Origin: Leidyana gryllorum EB-2025a
Lineage: Eukaryota; Protista; Apicomplexa
Length of the DNA stretch: 64,000 bases
Direction of reading: 5' to 3'
Assembly: GCA_048772705.1 (NCBI GenBank)
Contig: JBLWGC010000224.1
Coordinates: forward strand, 62,001-126,000
The position numbers and the translations under genes are program-made. This document shows positions 38,560 through 51,426 of the stretch, in pieces (within the stretch, counting starts at the first letter, position 1; each line of letters starts with the position of its first letter). Under the pieces are notes generated by a model, which worked only from the letters and a program-made list of their open reading frames with translations, searched no databases and had not been told where the DNA came from.

Positions 38560-40758
38560 ATGCAACAGCCTGAACTAGAATGCCTCTGGCGGTCTCTCTG
38601 TGCCACTCCCTATGTGGTGCCCAGTGCTCGAATCTATCGTTCGGGAGACGGATTTGTGGAGTACTCGATACCCTCCAGTCACTTGAAGACGTCCGTACAC
38701 GTTCGAACCCAGTTTGCCCAGCGCGAAGGTAACTATGAAGTGGTTGACCGGACGGTATCTCCGAAGAAGTCAATACACTCCATTGATCGCCGCTGGCACT
38801 TCAATGGCGATGACGAGTCGGAGAAGTGGACCGTTTTGACTCCGGAAGGGAAGTTACTCGCTTTGCCCTCCAAGCTTCACGAGCGCGTACATCAGTCCCA
38901 GAGATATTCAGTGTGGAAGTCTGAGTGTTGCGTATATTTGGCTGAAGCTGTGGTGGAAAAGGCTGAATGGCCAACTGCTGCCGCCGCCGCCGAAAAAGAT
39001 GATCAGCAGCAGGCGAAAGCTGACCCCTTTGACTATGTCAAGGTACATAACACCTTCGGAGAGCAACTGACGGAAGTGAAATGGCCCAAGGCCTTTGTTG
39101 TCATCGCTAAGAGCGGGAAAGTCCTCGAGGTTCCAGGATTGTTGGACGATGAAATTGTACGCGACGCATGTATTGTGCGCGTGGACAACCACCATGCCAC
39201 CATTATGCGTATAGTTCAACGCGTCGGTGGAGAGCCTCGTCTGGGTCTCATCTACTGTATGAATCGTCCAACCATCCTTGAATTGATCGAGATGAATCTC
39301 GATTCTGGGGAGCTTCTGCGAAGGAGTGGGCGTGTTGGGGGTCTCTGGTACTCTGTGACCGCCTTCGGAGGTAAAGGATACAGTCTGTCCGCAAGCTCAA
39401 CTGGGATGCACTCATCCGCCGTCCAATTACACTCTGTGACCCCTTGGCTCAGTATGCAAGGCATGCGTTGCTCGCTGATAAGTTTAATTCCAAAGAAGAC
39501 GAGACCCGATGGGATGAGCAACGAGGCTACTTTGTACGCACAAGGGAGCCATATTCATGGCCCGATGGCCCGCGGCGAGAGTTCCATCGGGATAATTGAT
39601 ACCGTTGAGAACCAACGGCGTCGAAGCGTATTGGTGGACTTCGCTACGGAGCCACCATCTCTCTTAACCCCCAGCGAAGATTTGGGGTACATCCTCGATC
39701 TCTGCGAGGTTACAATGAAGACCGTGACAAGTCCCGACGATGAGCGAAGATTCATCGCTTTGAAGAGTATAGAAGAGGGCTTACGGCCAGGTTACGTGAC
39801 GTGGCTGCGTACCCGTGGAGGCGAAGTGAGACCGTGTCAAAACTCCTCACATTTGCGTATCGGAGTCTTCCCCGAGTGCATACAACCTCAACCTATTATT
39901 GAGGTACGAGATCGCTACTGGGTGGCTCATTGGGGGAAGCGCGATGTGGAAAGAGTGGGGCTGTTCTTGCACGGAGGCCCCTCGTCAGTAGCGGCCCTGC
40001 CGATGCCTCCTCGCATTGAGATGGCTCTGAGAGGCATGAAATTAGATCTGATTATCGTGGCCAACTACATCGGCTCTCTCGGTATTGGAGTGGACCCTCA
40101 GTCTCTGATGGGCCGATGTGGTCATCTCGATGTTGAAGATTGCTATCGGGCTTTCAAGTTGGGGGTCACAGAGTTCGCTCAGCATCGGGACGTCCTCGCT
40201 GCTGAAGATTTGTGCCCCGAAGACTTCCTCTCCACCTTCGAAGGCCGATATCCTGAAGTGGTGGTGATCGGAGGAAGCCACGGCGGGTTCCTGGGAGCTC
40301 ATTTGATTGGACAGTATCCCAAGTTGTTCAAAGTTGCTGTACTCTGCAACCCTGTGATTGATATAAGCGCTGGTGTGCGCAGCACTGACATTCCGGACAT
40401 TCTGGAGTATGAAGTGGACGGTGAGACCGATCTGCGGACTCCCGGACCAGTCAAGTTTGCGCAACCTCGCTTCGACGAGTCAGTCGAAATACAGTGGAAA
40501 GCGAGCCCACTGCGTCATGTTGCGAATGTGAGGGCCTCTGTGTGCCTTCTATTGGGCGGTGAAGATCGTCGAGTCCACGAGTCCCAAGGCATCTGTTATT
40601 TCCGAGCCTTGAAGGCTTGTGGTGTCGACGCACAGCTCTATTACTACCCAGAATCGTGCCATCCACTAGAGCGCCCTGATCACAGTGAACACTCCGAAGT
40701 GAAAGGAGCAATGTTTGTGAACGAACGTTTCACAGAGAAGGATACTTTCGAAATGTGA
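38560..40758 (+). CDS. APEH: Acylamino-acid-releasing enzyme (peptidase S9C)
   Basis: LHGGP, GGSHGGFL, NPVID, EDRRV, YPESCHPL catalytic triad. Intronless. Confidence 0.88.
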   Translation: MQQPELECLWRSLCATPYVVPSARIYRSGDGFVEYSIPSSHLKTSVHVRTQFAQREGNYEVVDRTVSPKKSIHSIDRRWHFNGDDESEKWTVLTPEGKLLALPSKLHERVHQSQRYSVWKSECCVYLAEAVVEKAEWPTAAAAAEKDDQQQAKADPFDYVKVHNTFGEQLTEVKWPKAFVVIAKSGKVLEVPGLLDDEIVRDACIVRVDNHHATIMRIVQRVGGEPRLGLIYCMNRPTILELIEMNLDSGELLRRSGRVGGLWYSVTAFGGKGYSLSASSTGMHSSAVQLHSVTPWLSMQGMRCSLISLIPKKTRPDGMSNEATLYAQGSHIHGPMARGESSIGIIDTVENQRRRSVLVDFATEPPSLLTPSEDLGYILDLCEVTMKTVTSPDDERRFIALKSIEEGLRPGYVTWLRTRGGEVRPCQNSSHLRIGVFPECIQPQPIIEVRDRYWVAHWGKRDVERVGLFLHGGPSSVAALPMPPRIEMALRGMKLDLIIVANYIGSLGIGVDPQSLMGRCGHLDVEDCYRAFKLGVTEFAQHRDVLAAEDLCPEDFLSTFEGRYPEVVVIGGSHGGFLGAHLIGQYPKLFKVAVLCNPVIDISAGVRSTDIPDILEYEVDGETDLRTPGPVKFAQPRFDESVEIQWKASPLRHVANVRASVCLLLGGEDRRVHESQGICYFRALKACGVDAQLYYYPESCHPLERPDHSEHSEVKGAMFVNERFTEKDTFEM

Positions 40759-40838
40759 ACCAACGTTTCACGCGCTGTCGATGATTAATTAGTCTGCCTG
40801 TGACAATATAAAACATTTTATTCTGCTTCCCCAATCCC

Positions 40839-42248
40839 TCATTGCTCTTCTCCCTCCGATTCCTCCTCTGCCGAGTCTTCCATGTCTGATCCGTCACTCT
40901 CAAATGGAACGGAAGCCATCCGCTGCCTCTCTTCCTGACGAGCTACGGCTGGATCTCCTCCAATTGTTGGAAACACCTCCTGCTTGAAGGCACGCGGACA
41001 CACAGTGTTAGGAAGGAAATGATGTCCAAACCACGATTGAACAGTTATGGCAATGCGTCGCGAGTTGTCCAATCCGAAAATCTCAACAAGCTGATTCACC
41101 ACGGACACTTGCAACTCAGCATGAAGAGTCTCCCAGCGGTCTGTCACATGCCGAACGCGAGTCGGAAGTATCCCAACTCGGAGATTCCGAACCTCGATGC
41201 CTCCGTGTTTCAGCAAGTAACTCAACAGTGCCATCAACGGTACCATTGTGGGTACAGGGAAGACACAGCTGAGATTGTCTATCACTACTCGCCAGGGTGG
41301 CTTGGTTCCGGGACCCATGCCTTCAGTGAATGAAGGCAGACAATGCAGTACAGCCACCATCTCCAGTAACGCAGAGAGCATCACTACGTTCACAATGCGG
41401 AGCCCAGTACATTTTCCGGTAGCCAGCGAGAGCCACAACCTCTCGCTGACATCTGTGGCGTGATACCCCAGACAATCTTGAGAGAAAATAATGTTTGGTA
41501 TATCGAGTAAACTCTCAAACTTCTCGTCAACGTTGCATTCTGGCAGTCTGGAGAACTCGTCGAGTTCAAGACTCTTTAGACTCGGCAACCCCCCATTCGC
41601 CTTCATCGCAGCGACTATATCCAGGTACAGTTCAACGCCTTCCGGATCGATCGGACAAGCAAAAGATAGCTCAGTCAAATGTGGCCACTTGTACTCTTCC
41701 ATCACACTCACCCAATCAACCACGTTCACCTGAAGCTCGTCATCCTGAGAGTCCAGGTAGTTTGGCGCGGAATAAGAGGTGTCAGGCGGCCCTTGACTAT
41801 GGAAACGACGTATCGTATTCCGAGATTGACACAGAATGTGCGCGATTGTACTCATTGTCAAATTGGGACCGCTATATACCAATTCATGAGAAGCATTTAC
41901 TGACGTTACCACTTCAGAACTCTCATCGGTCACCGATAATTCTGCACAGCCTCGACGCACGATCGAAGGCGAAATGGACCTTGTGCTGACAAATGCGTGT
42001 CTCTCACACTTGAAAGACTCCAAACATCTCAGTGATCGCTTGATCACATTGTGAAGCTGCTTGGCAGGTGTAGTAAGAGGTCGCTCCCACAATAAAGTAC
42101 GAACTTCATCACTGAAGTCCAAGTGTCTGATGATAAATTTATCGATAACAAAAGCATTGAAAGTTCTTGATACCCCACGCCACCGCCAGGCTTGCTTCAA
42201 TTCCAAGAAGTCGGCAATTTGTTGCAAACACACTGTCGGGTAATGCAT
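40839..42248 (-). CDS. F-box-like/LRR-like protein (alternative upstream starts near 42323-42347)
   Basis: YPTVCLQQIADFLELKQAWRWRGVSRTF F-box-like; WPHLTELSF and LPSLKSLELD LRR-like; acidic tail. Confidence 0.55.
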   Translation of the reverse strand: MHYPTVCLQQIADFLELKQAWRWRGVSRTFNAFVIDKFIIRHLDFSDEVRTLLWERPLTTPAKQLHNVIKRSLRCLESFKCERHAFVSTRSISPSIVRRGCAELSVTDESSEVVTSVNASHELVYSGPNLTMSTIAHILCQSRNTIRRFHSQGPPDTSYSAPNYLDSQDDELQVNVVDWVSVMEEYKWPHLTELSFACPIDPEGVELYLDIVAAMKANGGLPSLKSLELDEFSRLPECNVDEKFESLLDIPNIIFSQDCLGYHATDVSERLWLSLATGKCTGLRIVNVVMLSALLEMVAVLHCLPSFTEGMGPGTKPPWRVVIDNLSCVFPVPTMVPLMALLSYLLKHGGIEVRNLRVGILPTRVRHVTDRWETLHAELQVSVVNQLVEIFGLDNSRRIAITVQSWFGHHFLPNTVCPRAFKQEVFPTIGGDPAVARQEERQRMASVPFESDGSDMEDSAEEESEGEEQ

Positions 42249-44651
42249 CACTTTTTTCCCAAAAAGATCTTCCACGTGTCCGAGCCCATCGAGAACGGCA
42301 ATCCTTGTGTTATTGGGTCGCATTCCGCCCTCATGGGGAATAGCCACCGCCGATTAGGGAAGTACATCTCCAACAATATCTTCGTTTCCCCATACAGTGT
42401 CTGAAGGAGACACGTGTGTGTCACGTTTGACCAAAGTGTCCATAACATCACCTGCAGGCTGCTAGTGTCGCCATCCACGGGGTCCTCTTCTATCAACCAT
42501 AGCCCCAGTGCGTAGCTCAACAGAACATATTGTGGCACGTGTTGACCCGCCTTGTCAAGCGCCCGTTCCAGGCCATGCCCAGTACCGCCTTCGTCATCAC
42601 CTCGTTCAGCCTTCACGCTATCCTCGTCAGCACCAGTCACAACCGGGCACAACGCATCCAAAGTCTCTTCAGGGCTCACCAACCATATGCAAACCACCGT
42701 GAAGAGACCCAAAAAGGGACTTGTCGCTGACATGAGTTGATGTGCTCTAAGCATAGTCTCCAGTCACATTCACAGCTTTGACTCACCGGCGCAAGAGTGA
42801 ATCTGACGCATAGGGATCTTCAGGAATCACTTTCAAGCAGAGACTCAAGGGTTTGAAAACTGAGGCTCGCTCTTGAGACATATGGGTGGGAAGAGCCTCC
42901 TACCCCACAGAGTGATTGATAAGCGTTCCATCAATGTCACTAGTTCCTCCAAGCCTGCCATCTTGACATGCCACACGTTCTCAGGAATGGTGGTGGTGTT
43001 CAGGATTATAATGCAGCCCGGGGAAGTAAGACAAACATCGCCTTCAGTCGCCAATATGTTGTCACTCTGGCCACTTACGGAGCGCCATCAAAGATGTGAA
43101 CATTACAGATATCACTCTACTGAAACCAGCTGAGTCAGGCCATTTTGCCCCCCTCACCATAGAGAGAAGAGCGGTTCTAATCTCAACAGCGCTTCAGCAA
43201 CGTCATCTGCGATGATGCAGTGAGACTGGGCACTGTCACAATGGCCCCTACTACAGAGAAGGAGAGTGTGGTGCCGGTCGCTGGCCTCCCATACATCTGG
43301 CGATGGCTCTGCTCCATCACATTCGACGATGTCGGCCACGCTTTTGCATTTGTCACAAATGGCATCACTCCGGTCATTGAAGGCTTCCAGGTGATGCAGC
43401 ATGGCACCACAACACAAAAGGCGAACAGCCATATAGCCACGGCGATGTTGTTCCGATCTCAGCCATGTGCGCAAGGCCTGCCTATATTCCCGTGTGTGTG
43501 TGTGTGTTTCGATGTGGGCCCCTTTGTGGAGCGACTTGTTCCGATCTCACCCAAGATTCTGCGACGACCCCATACTTTGAATAGACACTTTACCCTCTTC
43601 CATCGACAAGATGGCGAACGGTACGGGGGCGCTTCTTCTGATTTGAGATCGGCTGAGATTGGTATTCACTTCAGCCCTCCGTCCGGTGGTTCTCACCTGG
43701 ACCCGTCGGTGCTCAACATGAGACATTGCACGAGAGAGCCTTCATTGTGGGTGCAATCGAGCTGCAATAAGTGTTGCAATGAGTTTGTCGCAATGAGTTC
43801 GCCGCGATGAGTTCGGCATAAGCACAGCGCACCCGGTCGACGATGGCATTGACATCTGCGGTCCCCAGAAGGGTGGGGTATCTGATGGTTACGACGGCGA
43901 AGTCTGCTTGGACAGAGAGAGTAATACTAAAGTTGAGCACGGGGTGAGCCCCCACCTCGATACAGCTCCGCAGCTTGTCTTTCTTTGTAAACGATGTGCA
44001 GAGCCTTTCTGCATTGATGGCACGACAGATAATGTGGATAAAAGGGCCTGAGCCGCCTCGTCTGAGTCATTGTGAATGCGATAGTGAGTACCTCGTTGAC
44101 CCCGAGGGAGTGACCACCCAGAAGGTTTGATTAGATTTGGAGCGACATCTCGGACATTCCACGACGTATTCTGCTGCGACTCTGGAGAGTACAGATTATT
44201 GCTAACAGGCTCAGATGTACCGAAGCAGCCCACAAGTCTTGATGGATGTTATAAGACCGTCTGACAGGACGGGATTGAGCGTCCGTCTGTCTCATCATTA
44301 CCTACATGGGACCAGCAATCCTTCCCGTGGCTGCCAAAATGCATTCATCGAGATTGGTTTGATGCGCAGTCTCGCGAGCATCGGAGGTTGCTGGGTGCCC
44401 TCGATGAGTGCGATACAACATTTTAGCTCGTGTAGGCGCAGTTGGTGGCAAGGAGGATTGTCAGTTGGGGTTGAACCCTCATTGAGCAAATGAATGGTTT
44501 GTATCCACAGCACCCAAGGATCGAGGCGGAATAGCTCATCTTCAGTAGGCTTTAGATGCCAAACGCACTTTTCAACAGGGCCTCCTTGGGTTGAGGGTCG
44601 TTCGACTCCGTCTGGAATTGTACTTTGCAGCGAAGAGGTTGCAGCATTCAT
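42248..44651 (-). CDS. Multi-exon hypothetical protein (exon structure tentative)
   Basis: Series of minus-strand ORFs bounded by gtgag/gtaat donors and yag acceptors. No family recognised. Confidence 0.4.
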
Positions 44652-44674
44652 TGAGAGAGAAACTAAAGTATATT

Positions 44675-47600
44675 CTACAAACTGATAATACTGGCAGGTG
44701 AGGCTGGCGTGGCGGTATTTGACGCCTTCCGAACATCATCATCATGCAAAGCCAGCTCATACGTGACCAGGGCATCAGGCCCCACTCTGCCCTGTCCCGC
44801 GCGGGCCAGGTCACTCAGCAGTTGACGCAGACGAACACCCCTGAGGTGATCTATGAACAGTGAGCTACTTTGGTCGCCTACCTGAAGACCCTGAAACTTC
44901 TGAGAACTATCAGCCGTTGTGTTGCGGACATCCCCTTGAAGAACGAGTCCTCTCGCTCGGCCATCAGACGAAGTAATTCAACCAAATTATCGGTGCTTTG
45001 GGAGTTCACGAAAGCAACACGATCCAGAAAGTTGAGAAGATCGCCTAACACCCGGTTCTCCCACTGAACCAGGGCCGTGAATATGGCTTGATATAGAGGA
45101 TGGATAAGCTAATGGAGATAGATAGATAGATGAATCCAGACTTTGTCTCAGTAGCAGCTCACCGCCGTGTCTGTGCCATGCGACGCCAGTGTCACACTCA
45201 AGACTTTGAATGCCATCGTGATAAGCGACGACTCGTCAGACATCATTGCATAGATTCCCAGAGTCACAAGTCCTTGCGAGTCTGACTGGGTGCCACACAA
45301 TAGTTGACGAGCCCGACTTTTGCCTTGTTGCGTAATCAACATTTGATAAAACGTCCAAAACGGTTTCTGGGCTTCTGGACAGCAGCCCGCTTCCAATCGC
45401 CTTGACAACTCCCCAATCACTGATAGACGCTGTGCCCATTCTTCCAGCAGCCGTGTTTTCAACTGGTTGGGAATGGTGATCAAGACGGTATCTGCGCGCA
45501 TCAGTGGTAAAAGGCCTCGCCATCAACCTTACCCAACACCTGCAAGCAACCGTTCGGATACATGCTGAACCGCTTGGTTGATAACCCTTGCCATATGAAG
45601 TTGATAGTCTCCATCAGCAAGTCTCCATTAGGTTCCGAAAAGAACAGAAGCCGTATTGCGGACCTGTAATTATGCACTTGTCGCGAAAAGAAGAACGTTA
45701 GCCTTCCCGAGGCTTACTCTAAGCTTTGATGAGCCCACAATCCGAGGGTCACTGCATTGTACTGCAATGCCTCTGGGGCCTCACCCCGTACAACATCCCG
45801 ACGGCGCCTCTCGTTCTGTGATACAAAAAGATGAACGGCCTCAATCAGCAGAAGAGGGGTACAGAGCAATGGACTGACTCCCTCCAGTATCGACGTGTGC
45901 ACACACACTTACCATTGCCGAAATGTGCGTCCAGGCCCCTGTCAGGTCAGCCGATGATGAAGCGCACAAATTGAAGTTCAAATGTAATAACATTCGATAG
46001 ACCACACCGGATCGATCTTCGGCCAGGTAAGCGGTGATGGCCGAATTGAGGTTCGGGCACGAGAAGATGGCCTCTTCACAAACATTCAAACACTCGAAGA
46101 GACAGACCAGTCCGGCCATTGGCCTTTTGAGCTGCTCTGGCAGAACGTTTGTCCGCCACCAATCGCTTGTTGCCTACAAGATAGAGAGTCACGATTCTTT
46201 CACGCCTGTTATCAGATTGAAGCGGACTCACCATAGTCTCAGCTACCTTGAGATCTGCTCGGCATCCTTCCAGCAACTGTTCAACCGCCCATGACAATTC
46301 CTCCGGGTTGGTCGCGTTCTTGCACAATTGAAGGCAGGCTGCCATTAGAACTGCTTGCGTCTCTGGCCTCAAGTTGCCCGAACCGGTCCTGACAAAGTTG
46401 AGGAATTCCATCACCAATTTTGACTTCTTGATCGAGTTCTCGGGTCCAAGACAGAAGGAAGAACCGATCTGACACAGGTCCCGCAAGACTGCGGCTACGC
46501 GACCGGGTAGGATAGACATGCAGCCCATCACGGTTTCGAATGCGAGTAGCCAATCCTGCCGAGTGTCGACGATGTGGTCGATCTACAGGGTATAGACACT
46601 TACTTCCGGTAAATACAGAAAGTCTTGCTGCACAGCGCTTTCACGGATGAACTGGAGGATGCAATCAGCGAGAATGTTGGCTGCATTGGTAGGGTACTTT
46701 GCGGCGAGTGCCCTCTTCAAGCTCGCGAGAATCGACTGGACAGACGACCAGAGTGCATTATATGTGCTTTAGTCTCGATCACACATCATACCTGATGGAA
46801 GATTCGTGGTATGCTGCTGGCCCACTGTGTGGGATCTGTGACTTGGGCAATTTCTGGGCGCACATAGGTCACAAGCACATCATTGGTCACAGAAAGTATG
46901 TGCAAGAGTACTTCAACGCCCCCAATCGACTGGGGGTGCCCTGTGGCCGAATCACACAATCGTCTGGTCAGTAAGACCAGATGCTCCAACCAAGCTGCAA
47001 GTTACACAAACTCTGAGTCGAACCAAACACGAAGAAACCCACCTTGAAGACCGGCCTCGTCCCCACTGGCGTTGTATAGATACAGGAGGGTACCGGGTAT
47101 GTCCTCAGTGACCTCCATGATCAAATCTCGGTCAGCCTTGGCATCGGGCCAATCCGAGGCATCCTTGGGAGCAGCGGTGATCAATGAAGCGGAGCTCTCT
47201 CCCGTGAAATATTGATAGAAAGAATCGCGGTTCAGTAGGGAGACAGCAGCAAGACTCCAATCCTTTGCCAACTGCACGTGGAATGAGCAGTGGCTGTGGT
47301 GTGGTAAAAGAAAGACTCACCGCGTTCGTGAGAAGAGCGCCGACCCTTTTCAGGTGTTCGTTTACGGTGTGGCCATTGCCGATGGCTTCACGGATTGTTT
47401 CTTTGAAATCGCAGATGTGCAGCGTGGCAATGTTGAATACGGCCGGAGAGACGAAGAGCAGATCACGAACGGCTTGGAGGGCAAAGCTCGCCGGATTAGT
47501 GCGGGACGACATTGCGTCTGCGATCCCGGCGCACAGTATGCCGAATGGGCTATTCAGCAATTGCAGATATAGTGTTGCCAGAGACTGCAGTCGGGCACTG

Positions 47601-48568
47601 TCCTCTTTGCTGAGTATAGTTGTTGCGCCGAGTGTGGGCGAGTTGGTGATCTCCTTTCTCGACGACGCCCACTTTGAAGCCACCTGTGTCTGCAGTGCTG
47701 CCAAACGCCGTATGACAGCGCGAACCAAAACCTTTTCCATAGAGTCAGTTCCACTTTCAAGCGACTGATACAGCTCGGAAGTGGTCTGTGGAGGTGTTAT
47801 AAACAGCACCTCGGGACATCGGAAGGCTTTCGCATGGTCCACTATTTCCTGCAGCACCTCCAGGATTGTCCCGCCCTCGTTTCCGGGAGAGTCGATGGCA
47901 TGAATCAAGCCTCGGTGGACAGCAGGATTGGTCAGTATGCTTCCATGAGAGACTCCAATCCAGAGGTGCAAAACTTCGCGTCCCAACTCCGTGTGGAGGT
48001 TGTCTGCCAAATAGGTGGTCAACACTGGAGCCACGCGGTCAACGAGATTGTGGGCTTTGGACCGCGCCAGACCCCAAGACTCGAAGCCAACCTCATCCGC
48101 ACCTTCCTTCAATCGTGTGACTCCCCGAGCCAAAGCCGCGAACGACTCGAGCCCGAGTTCCTGATTGACGGACGGCAGGAATGAGGTGAGTCGTTGACAG
48201 GCGCCGGGGGGGTCACAAACAATCAGTTGGGCTACCATCTCAGCAGCTTTTGACAGGGTAGCTTTGAGCAAAGTATCTCGCTCATCCACGGGACGACTTC
48301 CCAGTAGGGTAAAAGACCTCCATAGTTGAGTTGAACACGGGGGGCGAGCGTTCGGAGCTTCTAGGAGCTTATGTCTGAGCATTTGGGCCCCTGCCAGTTG
48401 GTGGGCCGAGTCTTTACTCTCCAGCAGGAACCATTGTCCAATGTCCCAGCCTTCGTCCGAGTCCTGGACTATCCTCAGATAGGAGTCGGCTTCTCGCCGC
48501 AAATTGGCGTCATGCGAAGTCAGTAATACATCGAGAGCCCTCTGAGCCTTCTCTACCCCGTCGCCCAT
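44675..48568 (-). CDS. Importin-beta family karyopherin (importin-13/transportin-3-like)
   Basis: IBN_N-like RREADSYLRIVQDSDEGWDI...AGAQMLRHKL; HEAT-like Leu-rich exons; C-terminal RLRQLLSDLARAGQG...DALVTYE. Confidence 0.65.
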
Positions 48569-48779
48569 CCCTTTTTTCGACTCTAATTCAACAACTTAAC
48601 ATTAAGGTACTGCCTTACTACTCGGGAGTTAGGCAAGCCGGGTGCCGCTACGACTCTACTAACTACTGGAAATAAGAGGCGATGGACCACAGGCTGCAAG
48701 GCGAAGGAAGTGGAGATCATAGTGCACTTTTTGCTTCTGTCTGACGAAATGGTGCTAAACAAACCACTTTTTTCAGATA

Positions 48780-51292
48780 ATGTCGACCTCGCATTCTTCT
48801 ATATACGACAGAAGTGGGCAGCTGAAGATCACCCTATGGGAACTGGCTGATTTTCAGCACGATCTGGTAAAGTTCAACAATGATCCGTTCTGGCCGCCAC
48901 ACGCACTCCCTCGCAGCCTGTCAGGCTCTTCGTGAAGCTCCCCGGTGTCACTCAGCATGACGTGGAGCAGGAGGGCATCATACCGGAAACGAAGTTGTCA
49001 CCCGACGGCGTGACCAAATATATGCATGCCTATTGCTTTACATACAGCGGAGAACGCGAACTTTGGTACTAATTGCTCCATGTGCTAATTACTTTGATCA
49101 ACGCGTGCTTCTTGCAGCTTGGGTGTACGGGATCGAAATGGTCTTCTCACCGAAGGCTCCTGGGAACTCGCGGATATTATGCGCGACAGATCCAAAACAC
49201 AATGGCTGCAGGTATCAAGATCGACCATCCGGCCGGTTTGTAGTTTGATCTCCGCTGCAGTTGAATCCACGTGGCAAAGTCCGGGTCGAGCTGGGCTGGA
49301 TTGCCGCACCTGAGTCCTCACCAGAGAACATAACCGTCTCTCACCTATATTGGACCCCCTTAGCAGACAAAGGAGCGGAAGGCCGACGTTTTTATGCAGA
49401 AGTCGTCATGAATGATGACTCTATGGGCCGGACTGAGACAGAGGAGGTCATTGGAGGAATCGTTAGATGGTCAAAGGAGTTCATCCAGAGATACTATACT
49501 GAGGCTGTAATGAGGTGGGTGCTCCGGTCAACGCAGCAAGTCAACCGAAAATGGCCACCAACAGGATAAGTGTATTCGAAGAAGACGATGATAGCGACCC
49601 AGTGGCTTTCTGCGAACAAGACTTATGGGGTTTCCTGAAACACTCCGACACGCTATGCGTCAAAGGAGAAACCGGAGTAAGAGAGACTCCCACCATTCGA
49701 GCGAAAGTCACCCCTCTTCTCTATAATAACAGGTGATGAGCCCCACCGGAGAATCAGCTGGTACCCTGCATGTCCGTATAAATTTCTGGGATACCCAGGC
49801 AGAAGCTGAACGTGAAGCCCGACACATAGACGACCTGACCAAAGTCAAACCAGAGCCACAGTCCGGCTGGAGTCAAGATACCCCAGCTCCCCGAATGATC
49901 TCCTACACTCCCAGTTCTCATGCCGGTGACACAATGAACACCGAAGATGTTGATCACGCATTGGACGACGTTCGCAGAGCTGCTGAGGCTGCCGCCAATG
50001 ACGCAGCGCGTGCCAAGGAGATTGCTGATTTGTTGAAGTCCACTCCCATGACAGGCGGTCAGGCTGCGGTAAGTCAGTCCATTGGAAGTTGCGTCTCTTC
50101 CATCTGAGATTGTCAGGAAGCGGTGCGTGGTGCCGACAAAACAGCAAAGAACGCAGCCGACGATGCTGCGCGAGCACAAGCGATTGTAGCTGATCTGGAA
50201 AGTCGCCGACCAAACAAAGCGTCCGAACTCGATATTGCAGTTCGAGATGCTACCGACCTGGCAAAACGGGCTCGCGGTAACAGAGACCTCACAACTGACA
50301 AAGGGCGGGACGCCGCTGTGATCTCCGCTCGAGAAGATGCTCGAGCCGCGCGCGAGAGTCATCGAGGAGCGGACAGATGGGCACGGGACACCACAGCAGT
50401 CGCAGATGGGTACCCCCAGATTCGTCAGTTTGGCCCTCTTGTGGAAGACGCCGCCAATGCTGCCTCGATTGCTGGTGACGATGCTCGGAATGCATACGCC
50501 AAGGCGGAAGACGCGGAGGATGCCGACAAGTAGGTGCCCGATCACAACTCTCTACCCCCTCAATCTCCTGCTCCGCAGCCTCCATGCAGCATTGGAGGCC
50601 TGTAAGGAAGCCCGCAAGGCCGCTGCCCACGCGAAACGCAAAGAAGAGACAGCCGAAGATGCGTACAAGAAGGCTGTTGCTCTCGCTCGCAGAGCCGAAA
50701 AGGCAGCGGAGAAGAGACTGAAGAAGAAGCAGGAGGACGAGGAAGAGGCAATTCGCAAGGTAGACACACAGAATACTCCTCTCATCATTTCACTCTCATC
50801 ATTTCACTTCGTCAGGCGAAAGAAGAACGTGAGAAGATGCGAAAAATGGATCATGAAGCCGACATGGCACGTCGACGAGACAATTTGTTGATGGCAGGTG
50901 ATGCAAATGAACAAGGTGTGTATGCCGGAACCATGGCTTATGCTTTTCATGGGACCGCTGATAAACATACTGTCATGGAAGGATCAAATGGCGCTCCCTG
51001 GATGTGTTGTGGAGGAGTCCCCACCCAACGCGGGAAACAAGGTCGTCGTGGGTCTAACGACAGCCTCCGGGCATCTATTCCCGCTTATGAGTTGCGCGGG
51101 CAAGAACCAATCCAGTCGCGTGCGGAGGAGATGATGGAGGCCTCACCACAAGGCTGGTGTACCTCCCCCTCCGCCAAAGCTGTTCCATTCGCCATCTTCG
51201 ATGATGACGGATTGGTTGAAACTTTGATGCACCGGCGAGCCCAGTGTTGGTGCTTTGGGTGCGGATGTATGCGGTGTTGTGGCGAGTGCTAG
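48780..51292 (+). CDS. Tandem degenerate C2-domain protein with Ala-rich coiled coil and Cys-rich C-terminus
   Basis: GQLKITLWE...FTYSGERELCLGVRD...WLQLNPRGKVRVELGW; second C2-like unit ending AGTLHVRINF; ends CWCFGCGCMRCCGEC*. About 8 introns. Confidence 0.55.
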
Positions 51293-51426
51293 GGACTGAC
51301 TGATAGACAGTTAGACACACAGACAGACGACGTTCATCAGGGAGACAAACAGCCAGCCAGGCAGTCCATGGACGCATTATGCGTTTATGTAGTGCTTGTC
51401 CTGGACATAGCTAGATTTCGCTTTGA

